NCBI GenBank assembly: GCA_041946805.1
Contig: JBHGBC010000015.1
Coordinates: forward strand, 1-61,893
Length of the DNA stretch: 61,893 nt
Reading direction: 5' to 3'
From: a bacterium
Lineage (GTDB): Bacteria; Hinthialibacterota; Hinthialibacteria; Hinthialibacterales; Hinthialibacteraceae
Below the pieces are notes generated by a model. The model saw only the letters and a program-made list of their open reading frames with translations, was not told the origin of the DNA and did no database searches. How positions within the stretch are numbered: the first letter of the stretch is position 1; each line of letters begins with the position of its first letter. Shown piece after piece: positions 1 through 10,260 of this stretch. Made by a program: the position numbers and the translations under genes.

Positions 1-62
1 CCACGAGGATTTCGCGCCGGATCGATTCCTCAGGCTCCACGTTCAACTGATCCAGCAACTGC

Positions 63-728
63 TTGGCCACATTCAATTCCGGCAGTGCGGCCAACCGTTT
101 GGCCGTGTTCAGCCGCACTTCCCGGCTGGGATCGGAGATCGGCCTGGAAGCGGCCGCCCGGCTGTACCGGGAGTTCGCCGAAATCAGCGTGCAACGGTTT
201 CGCTGTCTGCATTGGGCTGATTTTACGATCTATTTCGATCCGCCCGAAGAGGAAGAAGCATTTCGCGCGTGGCTGGGGGAGGACCTTTCTTATTGGCCTC
301 AGCCATCCGGCGATCTGGGCGAGAAGCTGCGCCGGGGCCTGGAACGGATGCTGGCCGTGGCGGATCGCGCCCTCGCCGTGGGAAGCGACATCCCGGACCT
401 GCCGCTCGCGTACCTGGAACAAGCCGCCGCGGCGCTGCCACACCATGACTTGACCATTGGGCCGGCGGCGGATGGGGGATATTACCTGATCGGCCTGTCG
501 CGCCCGGCCCCGGAATTGTTCACAAACGTGCCCTGGTCGACTCCCCATGTGCTGCGGACCACGCTGGCCAAAGCGGCGGACCTGGGGCTTTCCGTGGCGA
601 TCTTGCCGGAATGGTACGATGTGGACACGGCCGAAGACCTGAACCGCTTATGGCGAAGTGATGATCTCCGGATTCAGGCGCTACGGGAGCATTACCGGGA
701 TATCCGCCGGAATGGGATATACGAATGA
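63..728 (+). CDS. DUF2064 / TIGR04282-like glycosyltransferase (CofC-like fold)
   Basis: Motifs QPSGDLGEKL, VGSDIPDL, IGPAADGGYYLIG, VPWST, WYDVDTAEDL. The TTG start is uncertain. The stop overlaps the next ATG (ATGA). Confidence 0.85.
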   Translation: MATFNSGSAANRLAVFSRTSRLGSEIGLEAAARLYREFAEISVQRFRCLHWADFTIYFDPPEEEEAFRAWLGEDLSYWPQPSGDLGEKLRRGLERMLAVADRALAVGSDIPDLPLAYLEQAAAALPHHDLTIGPAADGGYYLIGLSRPAPELFTNVPWSTPHVLRTTLAKAADLGLSVAILPEWYDVDTAEDLNRLWRSDDLRIQALREHYRDIRRNGIYE

Positions 729-1624
729 CGCAGACACATGGCCGCATGGATCGGAACTTGATAAAGGAACGGGCGCGCGGGGCGTGGGATTTGGCCGATC
801 CCTGCCGGTTGTGTCCCCGGCGTTGCGGCGTCCGGCGGCAAGAGGACGAGAAAGGCGTCTGCGGGACCGGCCGCGCGGCGAAAGTATCCTCGTATTTTCC
901 CCATCATGGGGAAGAGCGTTGTTTGCGGGGGACACGGGGTTCGGGAACCATCTTCTTTGCCGGATGCAACCTCGGGTGCATTTTCTGCCAGAATTACGAG
1001 TTGAGCCAGTTGGGTGAGGGGAGGGAAGCGGTTCCTCAAAGTCTGGCTGCGGTGATGTTGTACCTTCAGGAAGCGGAGTGTCACAACTTGAACCTGGTCA
1101 CGCCCTCGCATGTGGTTCCGCAAATTCTGGACGCGCTGGCGCTGGCCGTGGAGCAGGGATTCAACCTTCCGGTCGTTTACAATTCGGGCGGATATGATTC
1201 GGTGGAGACGCTGGCGTTGCTGGAAGGGATTGTGGACATCTACATGCCGGACTTCAAGTATTGGGATTCAACGGTAGCGGAGCGGTTGTCCGGAGCCGGT
1301 GATTACCCCGAAACGGCGCGGCGGGCGGTGAGGGAAATGCACCGGCAGACCGGCGATCTGATGCTGGATGAAAAGGGGATCGCGGTCCGGGGCTTGTTGG
1401 TGCGTCACCTGGTGCTGCCCAATGGATTGGCGGGGACGTGGGAGGTCATGCGTTTTTTGGCCGATGAAATCTCGTCCGATACGTTTGTGAACGTCATGGG
1501 GCAATATCATCCTTGCTGGCGCGCGCGAATGGTGGAGGAGATCAACCGGCCGGTGCGATTGGAGGAAATCCTGCACGCCCGGCAGGAAGCAGTGACGTTG
1601 GGGCTGCGGCGCTTCGCGGATTGA
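725..1624 (+). CDS. Radical SAM protein, PflX-like
   Basis: CxxxCxxC (CNLGCIFCQN), N-terminal CRLCPRRC, HHGEE, IYMPDFKY, RHLVLPNG, NVMGQYHP. Confidence 0.9.
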   Translation: MTQTHGRMDRNLIKERARGAWDLADPCRLCPRRCGVRRQEDEKGVCGTGRAAKVSSYFPHHGEERCLRGTRGSGTIFFAGCNLGCIFCQNYELSQLGEGREAVPQSLAAVMLYLQEAECHNLNLVTPSHVVPQILDALALAVEQGFNLPVVYNSGGYDSVETLALLEGIVDIYMPDFKYWDSTVAERLSGAGDYPETARRAVREMHRQTGDLMLDEKGIAVRGLLVRHLVLPNGLAGTWEVMRFLADEISSDTFVNVMGQYHPCWRARMVEEINRPVRLEEILHARQEAVTLGLRRFAD

Positions 1625-1691
1625 AATGCGATTCGTATAGAAATATTCAAGAAAACGTTTCGCGCCGGTGCTCATCACCGGATTCCCGCTT

Positions 1692-3743
1692 TTACGGCTT
1701 CCATTCAGCGAAGCTTTCTACGATCCGCACCCCCTCCTCATGGCCGATGGCTTTCATGACCTCAGTGGCCCAATCATAGTTGGAATGTGGTTTCCCAAGA
1801 AACACCACCCGCGTGGGCCATAACAGCCCCGCCACTTGGGGCAGATCGGTGATTCGCAGGCAGTTGAGCATTTCGAGGGCTTCGCCGCGGCCGTCGGGCG
1901 AACTGGGCGCGTCTTGGGTGGCCGGAGGATTTTGCAGCACCACGGAGTGCACATGTCCGTCCAGCAGCGCGGCGTAAAGGGTGATGGCCGCCATCTCGTC
2001 CCGGGCGGCGACGGCGATTTGATCCGTGTCGACACCGGGCAGTTCCCGCAGCGCCTGCAAGGCGCGCAGGACATCGTACACCCGCATGGAGGCGACGGTG
2101 CGGCCCGTCCAGGCGGCGGCGCGGCGCACATGCCACTGCAACTCAGGCCCCCAGCTGGTCTCGCCCACTCCCCGGACTTCCAGAAACGCGCGGTTCCAGG
2201 AATCGGGCAGGCCGGATGAGAAGCCCTCGGAATCCCACCGGTTTTCGTTGGGGCTCCGCGGCACGAGCAGCACCGGGCGTTTTTCAGTGAGTGCTTCGCC
2301 CCATTGGCACTCGAGTTTCAGCCGGTAGCCCTCCTCGGAGACGAAACTGTAACGGGACGTGCCGAACCGGCCTTCGAGAGTGCGGAATTCGAGACGGATA
2401 CTCAAATCCGGCGGATTTTGAGGGAACGCGCCAAAGGTCTTTTCCCGCAGGAAATCGATGACCTTCGCGCGGTGATCGCGCAGGCCGTTTTCGCTTTCGA
2501 TCTTCGGCGCGGCGGCCATCTTCTGGAAGGAATCCTGGATGGTCTTGGTGCGGTCGTCCGCGGGCGCGCCGTTCACGTAAGCCCGGAGCTGCTCATTGGA
2601 GAGCATGGCGGATTCGGATTCGTCGAGGTCGCCCACCTGTTCGGGGGGAACGTCCTTGCCCATCAGATGTTTCAGGAAGAAGGAAAATATCTTCGTGCGC
2701 GAGATTTCGTGATAGGAATGTCCGCCGGGCGTTTCCACCAGCTGGCATAGATCGCCCGCGCCGTACAGGTCGTAGATTTTCTTGACTTTGTTGAAGGAAT
2801 CGCGAATCGATTCCACGGAGAAGAGGCCGTCGCGGTTGGCGGAAGCGACCAGCAACGGCCGGGGAGCGACCAGCGCGCCGATGTCGTGATAGTCGATGCG
2901 GTAGGTGTTGATGGGCATCATACAGTCGCAGTGGCCGTCCACGGTGCGCTGGTGGACGTGGGCCTCGACCGTCCCGGTGCCGCAGACCGGCGCGCAGACT
3001 TTGATCCGGGGATCGGCCGCGGCGATGTACCAGCTTTGGGATCCGCCGCCGGAGATGCCAGTAACTCCTAATTTATCTGGATTTACGTCTTTTCGTGCAC
3101 AAAGCAGATCAAGGCCGCGGATAGCGTTCCACAGTTCCGTGCCGCCGGGCGTATAACCGCGGCTATACCAGTTGAACCAGCCCCGGGCGTAGCAGCCCCA
3201 GTGTTCGCCGAGCACTTCGCCCCACTGGATGGTTTCTATGATCAGGCACACGAAGCCCAGTTGCGCGAACTTGCGGGGATGAGCCTGGTAACTGGTTTTT
3301 TGCGTGCGGGAATGGCCGCAGACGTACAGCACGGCGGGGGCAGGCTCCTTGAGATTGTCGGGAACATACAAATTGGCCGGGACATACAGGCCGGGAAGCG
3401 ATTCATAATAGAGCTTGATGATCCGAAAGCCGTCCTGCTGGATGGTTCCCGTCTCCTTGACGTTCAGCGGCGGCCGGGGGCCTTCCAGGGGGACATCGGT
3501 AAGGCTGCACATTTCCAGGAATTGGCGGTAGCGCAGATCCCGGACGGCTTGCCAACCGGCCAGGGTGTCAATCCCGTCCAGTGAGTGTTGTGTCACTTCA
3601 CGGGCGGCGCGGCCCAGGTAGTTCAGGATGTTGTTGTCCTGATCCAGAGGGGCTTGGGTTTGAATAGGATAGCGTTCTTCACCATACCCTGTGGCGGCCA
3701 GGAAACAACAGGCGGTCAGGCCAAGAATGATACTTAAGCGCAT
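1692..3743 (-). CDS. Secreted tandem alpha/beta hydrolase (acetylxylan esterase-like)
   Basis: Signal peptide MRLSIILGLTACC. Nucleophile GISGGG, VCGH, and PGGH His motif. Second degenerate hydrolase domain (RGVGET...MRVYDV). GGGAG RBS before ATG 3743. Confidence 0.8.
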   Translation of the reverse strand: MRLSIILGLTACCFLAATGYGEERYPIQTQAPLDQDNNILNYLGRAAREVTQHSLDGIDTLAGWQAVRDLRYRQFLEMCSLTDVPLEGPRPPLNVKETGTIQQDGFRIIKLYYESLPGLYVPANLYVPDNLKEPAPAVLYVCGHSRTQKTSYQAHPRKFAQLGFVCLIIETIQWGEVLGEHWGCYARGWFNWYSRGYTPGGTELWNAIRGLDLLCARKDVNPDKLGVTGISGGGSQSWYIAAADPRIKVCAPVCGTGTVEAHVHQRTVDGHCDCMMPINTYRIDYHDIGALVAPRPLLVASANRDGLFSVESIRDSFNKVKKIYDLYGAGDLCQLVETPGGHSYHEISRTKIFSFFLKHLMGKDVPPEQVGDLDESESAMLSNEQLRAYVNGAPADDRTKTIQDSFQKMAAAPKIESENGLRDHRAKVIDFLREKTFGAFPQNPPDLSIRLEFRTLEGRFGTSRYSFVSEEGYRLKLECQWGEALTEKRPVLLVPRSPNENRWDSEGFSSGLPDSWNRAFLEVRGVGETSWGPELQWHVRRAAAWTGRTVASMRVYDVLRALQALRELPGVDTDQIAVAARDEMAAITLYAALLDGHVHSVVLQNPPATQDAPSSPDGRGEALEMLNCLRITDLPQVAGLLWPTRVVFLGKPHSNYDWATEVMKAIGHEEGVRIVESFAEWKP

Positions 3744-3860
3744 GACATCTTCTCCCCTCACATGGCGGATTTCCCCTTCAGGGGGCAGATGATTCTTACA
3801 CAGATGAGATTCTTTGTCATTGGGAATGGTGTTTTTAACAGGATCAATCGGATAAAAAAA

Positions 3861-4069
3861 GGTTCATCCGGGAAGTGCGTACATACTGAGATAAAATCGA
3901 TCCCCTTTACTCCGGGATGAGGAAGGACACCAAGGTCCACCCCAACAAAAATACCCTCACCCTGGCCCTCTCCCAGAGGGAGAGGGAATTTTGGGTGTGG
4001 TTTTCATCGATCCTTTCGAAGAGATGCGATCCGGCGATCAGAAAAAAGTACACACCGGAGGGATGAGCC
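3861..4069. mobile_element. MITE-like element, copy 1
   Basis: Ends GGTTCATCCGGGAAGTGCGTAC ... GTACACACCGGAGGGATGAGCC (imperfect TIRs). Internal CCCTCACCCTGGCCCTCTCCCAGAGGGAGAGGG. Collinear with the copies at 21714 and 26878. Confidence 0.75.
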
Positions 4070-4197
4070 AAAAAAAGATGGCCGGAATTCAGGAAGGGTG
4101 GGAAGGCTCAGGTAGTGAGTTAACGAGAGGAGCAGCGCGCCGCGGGGATGGAATCAGGTCAAATCAAGGGGAGGCGACGTAGGCGATAACCGTCCTT

Positions 4198-5667
4198 TTA
4201 GGAGGGATTTTCCACCGGTTCATTTTCCACGTGGACCAATTGTTTTTCCGCCTCGACTTCTTTTTTGGCCAGATTATCGATGATTTGACCACTCCAGCGG
4301 ATCGGGTATTTTCCGCTGAAGCAGGCGGTGCAGAATTCATCTTCGGATCCCCCCACGGCTTTGAGCAATCCCTCGATGGAAAGGTAATGCAGCGAATCCA
4401 CGCGGAGGTGTTTCTGGATTTCATCCAGTGTGTGCGTGGCGCCGATCAGCCGTCCCCGTTCCGGCGTGTCGATGCCGTAATAGCAGGGTTCCATCCAGAC
4501 CGGCGAGGCGATCCGCAGATGGATTTCCCGGGCGCCCGCCTTGCGGATCATCTTGACGATCTTGCGCATGGTGGTGCCGCGCACGATGGAATCGTCCACG
4601 ACGATGATCCGCTTGCCCTCCAATACCGAACGGACGGGATTGTATTTGATCTTGCAGCCGAAGTCGCGGATGCTTTGGCTGGGCTCGATGAAGGTGCGTC
4701 CGATGTAGTGGCTGCGGATGATGCCTTGCTGAAAGGGGATACCCGATTCCAGGGCGTAGCCGATCGCCGAGGAAATGCTGGAGTCGGGGATGGGGATGAC
4801 CACGTCGGCCTTGGTGGGGCATTCGTGCGCCAGCACCCGCCCCAGATTTTCCCGCGCCGGCTGCACCAGCCGTCCGAAGACGTAGCTGTCCGGACGGGCG
4901 AAGTAGACCAGTTCGAAAATGCACTGCGCCTGCTTGCGCCGGAGATCGGTGATGTCCTGCTTGTAATAGAAGCGGCTTTCGATCCGGTTTTTGGTGATGA
5001 TCACCATCTCGCCCGGCTCCACCGTCCGCACGTAGTCCGCCCCGATGATGTCGAGGGCCGAAGTTTCCGAGCAGAAAATGTATGCGTCACCCAGGCGGCC
5101 CAGGGAGAGCGGCCGGATGCCCAGCGGATCGCGCAACCCGATGGTGTATTGGTCGTTCATGATCACCATGGAGAAGGCCCCGCGCAGTTTGGAGAGCGAG
5201 GCATCCAGGGCTTCGAGAAAATCCGCCTGGGGCGAGCGGGCGAGCAGATGGATGAGGATTTCGCTGTCGGTGGCCGTCCGGAAAATGGAGCCTTCCGATT
5301 CCAGGCGGCTTCGCAATTCCAAGGTGTTGATCAGGTTGCCGTTGTGCGCCACCGCGACCCATCCCCGGCGGTATTCGCAGAGGATCGGTTGCGCGTTGAG
5401 GATGTTGCTGGAGCCGGTGGTCGAATAACGCACGTGCCCGATGGCCCGGTTGCCCTTCAGTTGGTTCAGCACCTCTTCGTTGAAGACATCCGCCACCAGT
5501 CCCATCCCGAGGTGGGAATGGGGATGTTCGCCTTCCGCGGTGACGATTCCCGCGCTTTCCTGGCCCCGGTGCTGCAGGGCGTATAATCCCAGGTAGGCCA
5601 AATGGGAGGCCTCTTCGTTTCCCGCGATGGCGAATACGCCGCACGCTTCCCGGATAGGGTCAGACAT
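4198..5667 (-). CDS. purF: Amidophosphoribosyltransferase
   Basis: Propeptide followed by CGVF, LQHRGQESAG, GHVRYST, HNGN, PRPP loop VVDDSIVRGTT, CYYGID, CTACFSG. Confidence 0.98.
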   Translation of the reverse strand: MSDPIREACGVFAIAGNEEASHLAYLGLYALQHRGQESAGIVTAEGEHPHSHLGMGLVADVFNEEVLNQLKGNRAIGHVRYSTTGSSNILNAQPILCEYRRGWVAVAHNGNLINTLELRSRLESEGSIFRTATDSEILIHLLARSPQADFLEALDASLSKLRGAFSMVIMNDQYTIGLRDPLGIRPLSLGRLGDAYIFCSETSALDIIGADYVRTVEPGEMVIITKNRIESRFYYKQDITDLRRKQAQCIFELVYFARPDSYVFGRLVQPARENLGRVLAHECPTKADVVIPIPDSSISSAIGYALESGIPFQQGIIRSHYIGRTFIEPSQSIRDFGCKIKYNPVRSVLEGKRIIVVDDSIVRGTTMRKIVKMIRKAGAREIHLRIASPVWMEPCYYGIDTPERGRLIGATHTLDEIQKHLRVDSLHYLSIEGLLKAVGGSEDEFCTACFSGKYPIRWSGQIIDNLAKKEVEAEKQLVHVENEPVENPS

Positions 5668-5873
5668 GATTTTCCCCGTATTCTTTCCAAAAAAGTAGGA
5701 TGGGCTGCAAAAACCGGTTCGGTTCGATATAGGCCACTATATCTTGTATTGAGATAACATCTTTACACAAGATATGGCGCTTGTCTATCCATTGATGTGT
5801 GAAATCGTCAGAGAAAGGATCTTCCCGGGGGGGGAAAGGGAAGCCGGAAGGCTGGCATGGGTGGGGCATCGTT

Positions 5874-6167
5874 TCAACCTTCACGTAACCAAGCCTTTAT
5901 GACGCTCGCGGCCGATTCGGGCGAGTTGCCGCTCAAGGTGCGTACCTGTTCGCGCAGGCGGATTCGGCGCTGCTCGTCCGGAGGATACGCGCGGGGATCG
6001 CCGATCGGAATGGGGCCGGAATCGGTGTCCATCGGAGAGCCGTGGATTTCGGATAGTGTATCAGGCAATTTCTTGGCCGGCCGGACATGAAAAATCCTTC
6101 CGGCCAGTCCACATCCGCCCAGAAAGAGCAGAAACAGAATTCCGATCGGCCAAAGGGAGGACATCAT
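5874..6167 (-). CDS. Small membrane-anchored protein with FliF-C-terminus-like helix
   Basis: N-terminal hydrophobic segment, GGAG RBS, C-terminus LREQVRTLSGNSPESAASVIKAWLREG. Confidence 0.55.
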   Translation of the reverse strand: MMSSLWPIGILFLLFLGGCGLAGRIFHVRPAKKLPDTLSEIHGSPMDTDSGPIPIGDPRAYPPDEQRRIRLREQVRTLSGNSPESAASVIKAWLREG

Positions 6168-6343
6168 GCTTGCACTCCACCCGGATGAGGATTCCAGGCC
6201 GGGTGATGCGATGACACTGCTTGGAATCCGCGTGAACGAAGATGAGACATCGGCTTAATCGCTCTCTCTTCATTTTCTCTCCGTTTGCTAAAAGATCAAG
6301 GATGAAAATGGGAAAGGGGGAAAACGGGGGCGGGAGGCAGGCC

Positions 6344-6399
6344 AAAAAAAGGGAGATACGCCAGGGCAATATTTCTCCTGGCCGGTTGACGTATCCCCC
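6344..6399 (-). terminator. Probable intrinsic terminator after pilin gene
   Basis: GGGAGATACG...CGTATCCCCC interrupted stem with an A7 tract on the left (U-tract on the minus strand). Confidence 0.45.
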
Positions 6400-6417
6400 G
6401 GTTTTATTCGTATCCGA

Positions 6418-7014
6418 TCACGTCCCCACCAGGGTGTCATCGCAGGGCCAGGAAGACCGGGCGCCCAGTTTGATGATATCCCCGCGGCTAGAGAGGCCGT
6501 TGGTGACCATGTAGGTGGAGGTGTTGCCCCAGGTGTTTTCATAATCGGGGCCGGCGCTGGTGACTTTGAATTCGGCGCAGCGGGCCTGCAGAGGGAGGAC
6601 GGTCAAGCCGCCGAAGTGGATCCGGCTCCAAGCGTCGGTGTAGTCGTAGGTGACGTACGCCGCGTCTTGGGATTCAACGATCCGCGCGCCGGGAGGGCCG
6701 TAGAGAAATGGATCCTGGGGAACCATGGGCATGTAGGCCACCGGCGTCGTCAGCGGGATGAGCCGCCGGTTGACGGGATTTTTCTGCACGCCAGTGGCGT
6801 CCAGCCAGGGGGGATAGATGTTGTTGTCGATCCGGTAGCTTTCGAGGGCGGTGGTGATGGTCCGCAACTCGGATTCCGCCTTGGCGATCTTGGCGCGGAC
6901 ATGCGCGTTGAGGAAATTGGGGACGGCGATGGCGGCCAAGATGCCGATGATGGCGACGACGATGAGGAGCTCGATGAGTGTGAAGGCCAATGTGGAAGGA
7001 TCGAATTTTTTCAT
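6418..7014 (-). CDS. Type IV pilin/pseudopilin-like protein (paralogue 1)
   Basis: A|FTLIELLIVVAIIGILAAIAVPNFLNA N-methylation motif, LTTPVAY..PQDPF, SAGPD, TNGLSSRGDI. Confidence 0.9.
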   Translation of the reverse strand: MKKFDPSTLAFTLIELLIVVAIIGILAAIAVPNFLNAHVRAKIAKAESELRTITTALESYRIDNNIYPPWLDATGVQKNPVNRRLIPLTTPVAYMPMVPQDPFLYGPPGARIVESQDAAYVTYDYTDAWSRIHFGGLTVLPLQARCAEFKVTSAGPDYENTWGNTSTYMVTNGLSSRGDIIKLGARSSWPCDDTLVGT

Positions 7015-7471
7015 ACGCTTTCTTTCCGGCCGATGGATTCGGCCCATTCCAATCCTTGGGAGGGATTAGACCGGAACTCAGATCCTAATCGGATCAATTT
7101 TCCACAGAGTTGGATCGAGGTCAAGTATTTTTTTGAAGCATCGTGGAATTATGTACAGGATGGGAAAAAGTCTTACCATCTCCTTGAAACGGCCGGACAC
7201 CCGGGCACCCCGGTAAAAATCATCTCACACGGTCCCTTTCCCGGAGGGAGAGGGGATTCAGAAGAGAAAAACCAAGGAGCATAGCAGGGACAATCCCTGA
7301 AGGGAATTCCGGTGAATAGCCGCAGGTATCAAAGTACGGCGGTTTCCACGGCGCTCACAAAATTATTCCGTGGTACGCTCCGGGGGTGGATTATGAGGCC
7401 GTGGGACATGTGGTAGTATTGCAGGCTGATTATCCGGGGGCCGGAGTGATTTTGGAAAAGAGGTTTCTTCC

Positions 7472-9289
7472 ATGCAGCTGACATTTCTGGATTGGGCGGT
7501 CATCGCGGCGTACTTTTTGATCAACCTGGGCATCGGCTTGTGGTACAAGAAGCGGGCCACGGGTTCGACGGAGGAATTCTTTGTCAGCGGCCGGAACGTG
7601 AGTTGGTGGCTGGCGGGGACCAGCATGGTCGCCACGACCTTCGCCGCCGATACGCCGCTGGCGGTGACCGGCTTGGTCGCCACGTACGGCATCGCCGGGA
7701 ACTGGCTGTGGTGGAACCTGCTGCTCAGCAACCTGCTGACGGTGTTTTTCTTCGCGCGGTTGTGGCGGCGGGCGGGAGTGGTGACGGACGTGGAGTTCAC
7801 CGAGATCCGCTACAGCGGCAAGCCGGCGGCCTTTTTGCGGGGATTCCGGGCGTTGTACCTGGGATTGCCGATCAACTGCATCATCCTGGGCTGGGTGAAC
7901 CTGGCGATGGTCAAAATCCTGATGATGATCTTCCCCGGCCTGCAGTTGTCCTGGCTGGGGATCACCGATCCGAAGATCGCCGCCTTGAGCCTCGTCTTTT
8001 TGATCATGCTGTTCACGGCCATGGTCTCCACGATGTCGGGATTGTGGGGCGTGCTGGTGACCGACCTGTTCCAATTCGTCCTGAAGATGGGCATGGTGAT
8101 CGTCTTGGCGTATTTTTCGGTGAAGGCGGCCGGGGGCATGGGCGCGTTGATGGACAAACTGCAAGCCATCGATCTTGCCAAGGGGGGGCAGGGATCCGTG
8201 CTGTCGTTCACGCCGGATATCGGATCAGCCTGGATGCCCATGATCACGTTTTGCGTATACCTGGGGATCAACTGGTGGGCGACGTGGTATCCCGGCTCGG
8301 AGCCAGGCGGGGGCGGATTCGTGGCCCAGCGCATGCTGTGCGCCAAGGACGAGAAGCATTCGCTGCTGGCCACGTTGTGGTTCAGCATCGCGCATTACGC
8401 GCTGCGGCCCTGGCCCTGGATTTTGACTGCCCTGGCCTCGCTGGTGCTGTATCCCACGTTGGAGGACAAGGAGTCGGGATTCGTGAAGACCATCGTGGAT
8501 CCCAACGTGTTCCCCACGGCGCTGGCCGGATTGATGATCGCCGCCTTCGCCGCCGCGTACATGTCGACCGTGGCGACGCAATTGAACTGGGGCGCGTCAT
8601 ATCTGATCAACGATTTTTACCGGCGGTTCCTGGCCCAGGGGCGGGATGAAAAGCACTACGTGAAGGCCTCGCAGATCGCCACCCTGGGGCTGATGGTGGT
8701 TTCGTCGATCGTCACGTATTATCAATCCTCGATTTCGGGGGCGTGGAAATTTTTGATGGCGATCGGGGCGGGGACCGGCAGTGTGTACATCCTGCGGTGG
8801 TTCTGGTGGCGGATCAACGCGTGGAGCGAGGTTTCGGCCATGGCCGCCTCGTTCGTGGTTTCGATGGCGCTGCAATTCGGTTTCCACCTGAACACGGACA
8901 ATCCGGTGCATTTCGCCTGGACGGTGCTCATCACCGTGGTGGTTTCGACGGCAGTGTGGCTGCTGGTGACCTGGCTCACCGCGCCGGAAGACCGGCGGAC
9001 GCTGACCGCCTTTTACCGCCGGGTCCGGCCTAATCCCGCCCTGTGGGGGCCGGTGGCCCGGGAAGCGCCGGAAGTGCCCATCCGGCATGACGGCTGGAAC
9101 AACCTGCTCGATTGGTTCGCGGGCTGCGTGATGATCTACCTGACCTTGTTCGGCGCGGGGAAAATCATCTTTGGGCAAGGCCGAACCGGAATTTTGTTCT
9201 TGATCATCGCCGCCGTGGCGGGGTGGGTGGTTTATTGGGACCTCAACCGCCGCGGCTGGAAGGTCTTCGAGGATGTGGAAGGAGCGTGA
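7472..9289 (+). CDS. Sodium:solute symporter (SSS family)
   Basis: About 14 TM segments; EEFFVSGRNVSWWLAGTSMVATTFAADTPL, AQRMLCAKDE, AAYMST. Confidence 0.92.
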   Translation: MQLTFLDWAVIAAYFLINLGIGLWYKKRATGSTEEFFVSGRNVSWWLAGTSMVATTFAADTPLAVTGLVATYGIAGNWLWWNLLLSNLLTVFFFARLWRRAGVVTDVEFTEIRYSGKPAAFLRGFRALYLGLPINCIILGWVNLAMVKILMMIFPGLQLSWLGITDPKIAALSLVFLIMLFTAMVSTMSGLWGVLVTDLFQFVLKMGMVIVLAYFSVKAAGGMGALMDKLQAIDLAKGGQGSVLSFTPDIGSAWMPMITFCVYLGINWWATWYPGSEPGGGGFVAQRMLCAKDEKHSLLATLWFSIAHYALRPWPWILTALASLVLYPTLEDKESGFVKTIVDPNVFPTALAGLMIAAFAAAYMSTVATQLNWGASYLINDFYRRFLAQGRDEKHYVKASQIATLGLMVVSSIVTYYQSSISGAWKFLMAIGAGTGSVYILRWFWWRINAWSEVSAMAASFVVSMALQFGFHLNTDNPVHFAWTVLITVVVSTAVWLLVTWLTAPEDRRTLTAFYRRVRPNPALWGPVAREAPEVPIRHDGWNNLLDWFAGCVMIYLTLFGAGKIIFGQGRTGILFLIIAAVAGWVVYWDLNRRGWKVFEDVEGA

Positions 9290-9290
9290 C

Positions 9291-10238
9291 ATGACAAACC
9301 GCCCGAATCCGAAAACCGGCACGGCGCCCAAGGAATCCAACCTGGGCCGCCGGGAATTACTGCAAATCCTGGGAGTAGCTTCCCTCTCAACCGGATTCCA
9401 TCCGGTGTGTCATGCCGGCGGGGAAAAAGCCCAGAAAGTGATCGTCGGAGCGCATCCCTGGGTGTACGCGGCCACACAGCCGAACTATGACATCACGCCG
9501 GTGCTGGAGACCATCTTTGCCGATATGAAATACGCCGGGATGGACGGCATCGAATTGATGCACACCGCCTTGCGGCCCAACGGCGCGGTGGAGCGGATCC
9601 GGGCCCTTTCCCAGAAATACGAGCTGCCCGTCATCGGCACATCGTTCGAGGGGGCCATGTGGGACCGAAGCAAACACACGGAGGTGTTGAAGGACGCGGA
9701 AGTGGTCATCACGCGCCTCTCCCAGTTGGGCGGCCGGACGTTGGGAACCTCGGTGGGCTCGGCGGGCCGCCTGAAGACGGCGGAGGAACTGGACGCGCAG
9801 GCCGAGTTGTTGAAGAAAATCATCGCGTTCTGCGAGGCGCACGGGGTGGTACTGAATTTGCACAACCACACGTACGAAGTCGAGAACCACCTGCACGACT
9901 TGAAGGGCACGCTGGCGCGGATTCCGGACGTGAAACTCGGGCCGGACCTGAACTGGCTGCTGCGGGGCGGCGTGGATCCCGTTTGGTTCATAAGGGAATA
10001 CAAGGAGCGGATCGTCTTCCTGCATCTGCGCGACCAGAAACCGGATGGGGAATGGTCCGAAGCGCTGGGGGAGGGCAGCATGGATTACAAGGCGATCGCC
10101 CAGGCGCTGAGGGAGATTCCCTTCACGGGCGGCGCCGTCATCGAACTCGCGCATCCCGCGGGATTCCAACTCACCCGTCCGCTGCGGGAGAGCCTCAAAA
10201 TCAGCCGCGGATTCGTGCGGAAGGTGATGGGGTATTGA
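9291..10238 (+). CDS. Tat-exported sugar phosphate isomerase/epimerase (xylose-isomerase-like TIM barrel)
   Basis: GRRELLQILG twin-arginine motif; LHNH, PDLNW, HLRD, EALGEG, VIELA metal-binding motifs. Starts 2 nt after the symporter stop. Confidence 0.85.
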   Translation: MTNRPNPKTGTAPKESNLGRRELLQILGVASLSTGFHPVCHAGGEKAQKVIVGAHPWVYAATQPNYDITPVLETIFADMKYAGMDGIELMHTALRPNGAVERIRALSQKYELPVIGTSFEGAMWDRSKHTEVLKDAEVVITRLSQLGGRTLGTSVGSAGRLKTAEELDAQAELLKKIIAFCEAHGVVLNLHNHTYEVENHLHDLKGTLARIPDVKLGPDLNWLLRGGVDPVWFIREYKERIVFLHLRDQKPDGEWSEALGEGSMDYKAIAQALREIPFTGGAVIELAHPAGFQLTRPLRESLKISRGFVRKVMGY

Positions 10239-10260
10239 GGCCGCCGCCAGCCGGTGGTGT

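Noticed and set aside
1..62. End of an upstream gene
   Set aside because: Too short to determine frame or identity.
1692..1720. Hydrolase C-terminus ESFAEWKP as a fifth W-tail
   Set aside because: Trp is at -3, there is no Val four residues... upstream in register and no terminal aromatic/Leu, so it does not fit the pattern.
4231..5586. Long antisense ORFs (also 42635-43939, 44315-46711, 53384-55708, 29768-31927, 35815-37527, 23307-25088)
   Set aside because: They mirror well-supported genes on the opposite strand and have no motifs; expected from stop-codon scarcity in GC-rich coding DNA.
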